From contig NC_068983.1 in the NCBI RefSeq assembly GCF_001194135.2, forward strand, positions 55,987,614-56,042,816: a DNA stretch of 55,203 nucleotides. The letters are read 5' to 3'. The notes beneath the pieces were generated by a model. It had not been told where the DNA came from and searched no databases. It saw nothing but the letters and a program-made list of their open reading frames with translations. The position numbers were made by a program, and so were the translations under genes. The stretch is from Octopus bimaculoides (lineage: Eukaryota). Below are positions 50,841 to 55,203 of this stretch, one piece after another. Positions within the stretch are counted from its first letter, which is position 1. Every line of letters starts with the position of its first letter.

Positions 50841-51199
50841 AATATATATATAGTAAGAAGAGGGATATGATATCCAGGCTGATAACAGAGGAAAATTCCT
50901 CTTCAAACAATGTCATATTTATACACCTTGAAGAGATCAAGCTAATAATGCATAAATCGGTGCATATAAATATGCAACAATATGCAATTAATGTGATTGA
51001 AACACATGTAAGACAATTATTATGAATAAATCAACTGTAAATAAACATAAAGTTTGCATATTCAAGTTCTTCATTCTCCTTATCATATATCTATCCATCT
51101 CTCTCTATCTCTCTGTCTCTCTCTCTCTGTGTCTGTCTGTCTCTCTCTATCTATCTATCTCACTCTCACTCTCTCTCTCTCTCTCTCTCTCTTTCTCAT

Positions 51200-51329
51200 A
51201 CTGGCAGTACCCAAGCATGGCCACAGCCTGAGGGCTGAAACATATAAAAGAATAAAAGAATATATAAATATATATATATATACACACACACACACATACA
51301 CATACATATGTATGTACAGACACACATAC

Positions 51330-51378
<49 letters not shown>

Positions 51379-51382
51379 CACG

Positions 51383-51416
<34 letters not shown>

Positions 51417-51600
51417 TATTCATATATATGTACATACAGACACACACACAAACATATATATGATAGGTTTCTTTCAGTTTCTTTGTACTAAATCCATTTA
51501 CATGGCTTCGATTGGTCCAGGGATAGAGTAGAACATACTTGCCCAAGATGCCATGCAATGGGACAGAACCGAGAACCAAGAACCATGTGGTGGAGAAGGA
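51200..51600 (-). mobile_element. Family-B SINE with greatly expanded internal microsatellite
   Basis: Tail remnant at 51205-51260 and head half at 51465-51600, separated by about 200 bp of TA/CA repeats. Confidence 0.7.
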
Positions 51601-51785
51601 AACAGTTTAAATTTTCTTTGATTTAATTTGTCTCTTAATGCTAGAATCCTTAACATAAGCTTAGAACTATTTCAGTTTCATGAGGCATTACCCATATGAA
51701 GAAGTAAGGGTCTTTGACATTGAACTATTGTTAACCTTATGAAAGACATTTTCAAAAGTTCTGTGTATTTACTGTTTACTTACAG

Positions 51786-51888
51786 GCGTTTGCCCTTGCG
51801 GAACAGCATCCAAAGTACAAACAAGATGTCTATATCCCTCATGCCCAGTACCTTGCGGAGGCTGATATGTTTGAAGAAGCACAACAAG
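51786..51888 (+). CDS. IFT122: IFT122 internal exon (last in window), 103 nt, phase 0/1
   Basis: tacag acceptor, G|GTGAAA donor. Translates [34 protein letters not shown] (cf. [34 protein letters not shown]). Confidence 0.95.
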
Positions 51889-52045
51889 GTGAAATACCAT
51901 GTTTTATGCTATTTTGTTTGTTTTTATTTTCAATCATTATTGTCAAGATATTTGTAAATATTTTTTTCTACTCTAGGAACAAGGCCCAAAATTTTTGCAG
52001 AGAGGGGCCCAGTCGATTAGATCAATCCTAGTATGCATAAATTAA

Positions 52046-52485
52046 GATAGAGAAATTAAGGCCAATAGGCCAGATATAGTTATCAGAGATCATGGAGAAA
52101 AAAATGCTTTCTAATTGATGTATCAATTAGAAATGTTGACAATGTTTCTCTAAAAGAAATGGAGAAACTTTCAAAATACAAAGACCTGGAAATAGAGGTA
52201 ACTCGAATGTGGAATCTAAAAACAGAAACAATTCCTATCATAGTAGGTGCCTTAGGTATAATAAAAAAAATATTCAGACAAATGCATAACAAAAACACCA
52301 GGACTTACAAATATATATAACATATAGAAAATTGCACTACTGGGCACTGCACACATCCTACGCAAAACACTTTCAATACAGTAACCATAAGAGCATCGCA
52401 GCAAACCACAGCACATACCCAAGGCACACAGAGCTGCGCTCGGTATTGAAGTGAAAGCACGTTATAAAAATAAAACTATTGAACG

Positions 52486-52518
<33 letters not shown>

Positions 52519-52530
52519 TTAATAATAATT
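52046..52530 (+). mobile_element. R4/Dong-like non-LTR retrotransposon 3' fragment (RLE domain remnant + 3'UTR + (AAT)n)
   Basis: DREIKANRPDIVIRDHGEKKCFLIDVSIRNVDNVSLKEMEKLSKYKDLEIEVTRMWNLKTETIPIIVGALGII / +1 frameshift in A-run at about 52264-70 / ...NIYNI*KIALLGTAHILRKTLSIQ* (stop 52382-84). Shows PD..D..K restriction-like endonuclease motif and LLGTAHILRK terminus. Confidence 0.85.
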
Positions 52531-52870
52531 GGTGCCCTAGGAATGATAGTAGAAGGGTCTGATTGCTACCTAGCTCAGATACCAGGAAACCCCAAAATGG
52601 CAGAAATTTAAAAGATAGTGCTCATGGGAACTGCCTATGTCCTTCCTTAAAAACTGACTAAGTAATCTCAAATTTTAAAACAAACACATAATTTTCTTAT
52701 GTTTTCTTAAACATTCCGTAGAACAACGCTATATACAAAACCAAATATATGGCACCCTAGGCATAACACCTACATGAACTTCTAACTTATTGTCTCTTGA
52801 GGTCTCTGGGTGAGACTTGGAGTCAACTTGTACAAATGCAAAGGAAAAGTCAAACATAAAATAATAATAA
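52528..52870 (+). mobile_element. Second, different R4/Dong-like 3' fragment
   Basis: IGALGMIVEGSDCYLAQIPGNPKMAEI*KIVLMGTAYVL, homologous to the first fragment's C-terminus but with a different 3'UTR, also ending in (AAT)n. Confidence 0.75.
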
Positions 52871-52884
52871 AAATATTAATATCA

Positions 52885-53000
52885 GAAAAATACCTTAGGA
52901 ATGAGAATCCACATTCGAAATTCCCCCAGAACACCCAAGGAAGGCTGGAGAGTACATCAGCCAAAATGTTGTGTTAACAACAAACAATATGAGGACAAAT
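52885..53000 (+). mobile_element. Hammerhead-SINE body fragment with degenerate core
   Basis: aaaataccttaggaatgagaatcc...aacac-ccaagga-aGGCTG gagagtacat CAGCC aaaatgttgtgttaacaacaaacaatatgaggacaaat. Stem II is intact but the catalytic core is mutated. Confidence 0.8.
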
Positions 53001-53365
53001 TCTTTTATTCTTTTACTTGTTTCAGCCATTTGACTGTGGCCATACTGGAGCACCACCTTTAGTCAAACAAATCGAACCCAGGACTTATTCTTTGTAAGCC
53101 TAGTACTTATTCTAATGGTCTCTTTTGCCAAAACGCTAAGTTACGGGGACGTAAACACACCAGCATTGGTTGTCAAGCGATGGTGGTGGTGGTGGGGGAA
53201 CAAACACAGACACAAACAAACACACACACACAATCCACTTACAAAGCTTTAGTTGGCCCGAGGCTATAGTAGAAGACACTTGCCCAAGGTGCCACGCAGT
53301 TGGACTGAACCCGGAACCATGTGGTTGGTAAACAAACTACTTACCACACATCCACTCCTGCGCCT
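53000..53365 (-). mobile_element. Family-B SINE
   Basis: Tail ttcttttattcttttacttgtttcagcc, head ccacacatccactcctgc. Confidence 0.85.
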
Positions 53366-54192
53366 ATGATATCCGTCAAATGCAAATAATGTAACTGCAC
53401 AAGAACTGCCTAATCTTGCCAAGCAGTTGCTTCCTTTGTTGCACCAAGGTCGTAAGCAAGGCAAAGGGAAGTTTTATTGAATGGACTGCTTCTTTAATTT
53501 ACACCGTTAAACGTGTGTGGCATCTTTACTGACAATATATTGATTTATTTTTTCTATTTAATATCTTTGCTTTTTTTTTTATATTTTATTGTCATCAATT
53601 ACTTGGTGCATTCTGTATCATCAATGTGGATGCTAAATATATATCTTTTTCTAGGGGAGAGATAGGGTGGAAGTGCCGTGGTGTTAAACAGTGAATAGAG
53701 TAGAGGTGTGAGAGTTTGGAATGTGACACGAGAAGGTGTTCTGGCCTTGAGCAAGTTATAATCTGACGCTGTAGCTGTAGCCATAATCGCAACATTATCA
53801 ACTATATGGCCATATTCCACCACACAAACGAGCAGTCGTACTTAGAAACCTACGCACGCACAAATTGTACGTATGTGAATATAGGTACATATACTTATAT
53901 ACATGCAAACATATTCTCACATAGATACGTGCATACACTCACACACATGCATGTGCATGCGCAGAGAATCAGATATATGTATCTTTTCATACCTAGCCCT
54001 ACAGATATATTTACATTCATGCATACAAACAGACAATTCTGCCATGAATCTTTACTCTCTTGTAAAGTCTTGAATGTGTTATAAATCATCTGGTCTAGAT
54101 TAAATCCATTCACACACATGTATATGAAAACATTATGTGCATAGACATATTCAAACAGAAATTACTCATATACATACTTACATACATTTACA

Positions 54193-54252
<60 letters not shown>

Positions 54253-54672
54253 CAAACTTTTGGGATAGAAAAAGAAATGACATCTTCCCAGAAAAGACCC
54301 TACACATTTTAACTAGATATACCAAAGAAAGAGGGCATTCAGCAAAACAGCCTTCAGTCCTGGGGATGTGTTCCATCATGTGCACATAGGTAGCTGCATG
54401 CCCAGATGAGATGACTTCCATCCTTGTTGCCAGCTATACCCTTAACAGCACCTGCCAAACGTGATTTATGCCAGGCCTTGATGCCAGTGGCACGTGAAAG
54501 CACCCACTACACTCTCGGAGTGGTTGGCATTAGAAAGGGCAATCAGCTGTAGAAACATTGCAAGATCAGATTAGAGCCTGGTACAGCCTCTGGCTTGCCA
54601 GTCTTCATTCAAATCGTCCAACCCATGCTAGCATGGAAAACGGATGTTAAACAATGATGATGATGATGATGA

Positions 54673-54877
54673 TTCTGTCAAACGTAATGCTTAATTATTC
54701 ACATTGTTTTGAATTGCTCACGCATTATTTTGTAGCTTTGAGATTTTGATCTTGTAATTAGTTATTCTGACAATGACATTTTAGGGTAGGTGTGAGAAGC
54801 TGGATCTGGCTTGTTTGACCATAAAACGTATAGAATATTTTGGCTGGATATGGCCAGTTTGAATACTGAGAGGTCAA
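54673..54877 (+). mobile_element. piggyBac-like MITE fragment (same family as 18982-19846)
   Basis: ctgtcaaacgtaatgc...gacattttagggtaggtgtgagaagc...tggatatggccagtttgaatactgagaggtcaa. A 3' piece also occurs at about 2435-2525. Confidence 0.65.
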
Positions 54878-54930
54878 AGTAAGATAACTTTTAGTAACCT
54901 GCAGAGAGGGGAAAACAAGGTTAAATAGGC

Positions 54931-55094
54931 ATAGAAGTGGCTGTGTGGTAAGTAGCTTGCTTACTAACCACATGGTTCTGGGTTCAGTCCCACTGCGTGG
55001 CACCTTGGGCAAGTGTCTTCTACTATAGCCTCGGGCCGACCAAAGTCTTGTGATTGAATTTGGTAGATGGAAACTAAAAGAAGCCCGTCGTATA

Positions 55095-55149
<55 letters not shown>

Positions 55150-55203
55150 TTGTGTGTCTGTGTTTGTCCCCCAAGATCGCTTGAAACTGATGCTGGTGTG
55201 TTT
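54931..55203 (+). mobile_element. Family-B SINE running off the window end
   Basis: agaagtggctgtgtggtaagtagc...ggttcagtcccactgcgtggcaccttgggcaag, internal (TG)n at about 55100-55145. Other partial family-B copies at about 624-790, 10045-10145, 13490-13660, 21108-21245, 23665-23975, 26650-26865, 33025-33242, 33565-33750, 35645-35805, 39530-39910, 43515-43815 and 47505-47855. Confidence 0.85.

Overview
AT-rich, gapped eukaryotic scaffold (14 N-runs, most next to microsatellites or repeats). The repeat landscape fits an octopus genome; this is inferred from recalled repeat families, not from a search. The only protein-coding gene I can support is IFT122 (WDR10, an IFT-A complex subunit), seen as nine consecutive internal + strand exons (1695-51888, 1300 coding nt). 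All have GT/AG boundaries and compatible phases (0,0,0,2,0,0,2,0,1). The gene begins before and ends after the window. The introns are a mosaic of several tRNA-headed SINE families, more than 20 3' fragments of an RTE-clade LINE whose tails supply many (CAT)n/(GAT)n tracts, two R4/Dong-like RLE fragments, hAT, piggyBac-like, MULE-like and mariner-like DNA elements, and long foldback palindromes. The most interesting signal is a five-copy family in which a tRNA-like Pol III head and an (AAT)n spacer are fused to a minimal type I hammerhead ribozyme of the Penelope-associated kind. One copy has a Penelope-style inverted 5'-truncated partner. Nearly all other ORFs in the supplied track are microsatellite or gap artefacts.
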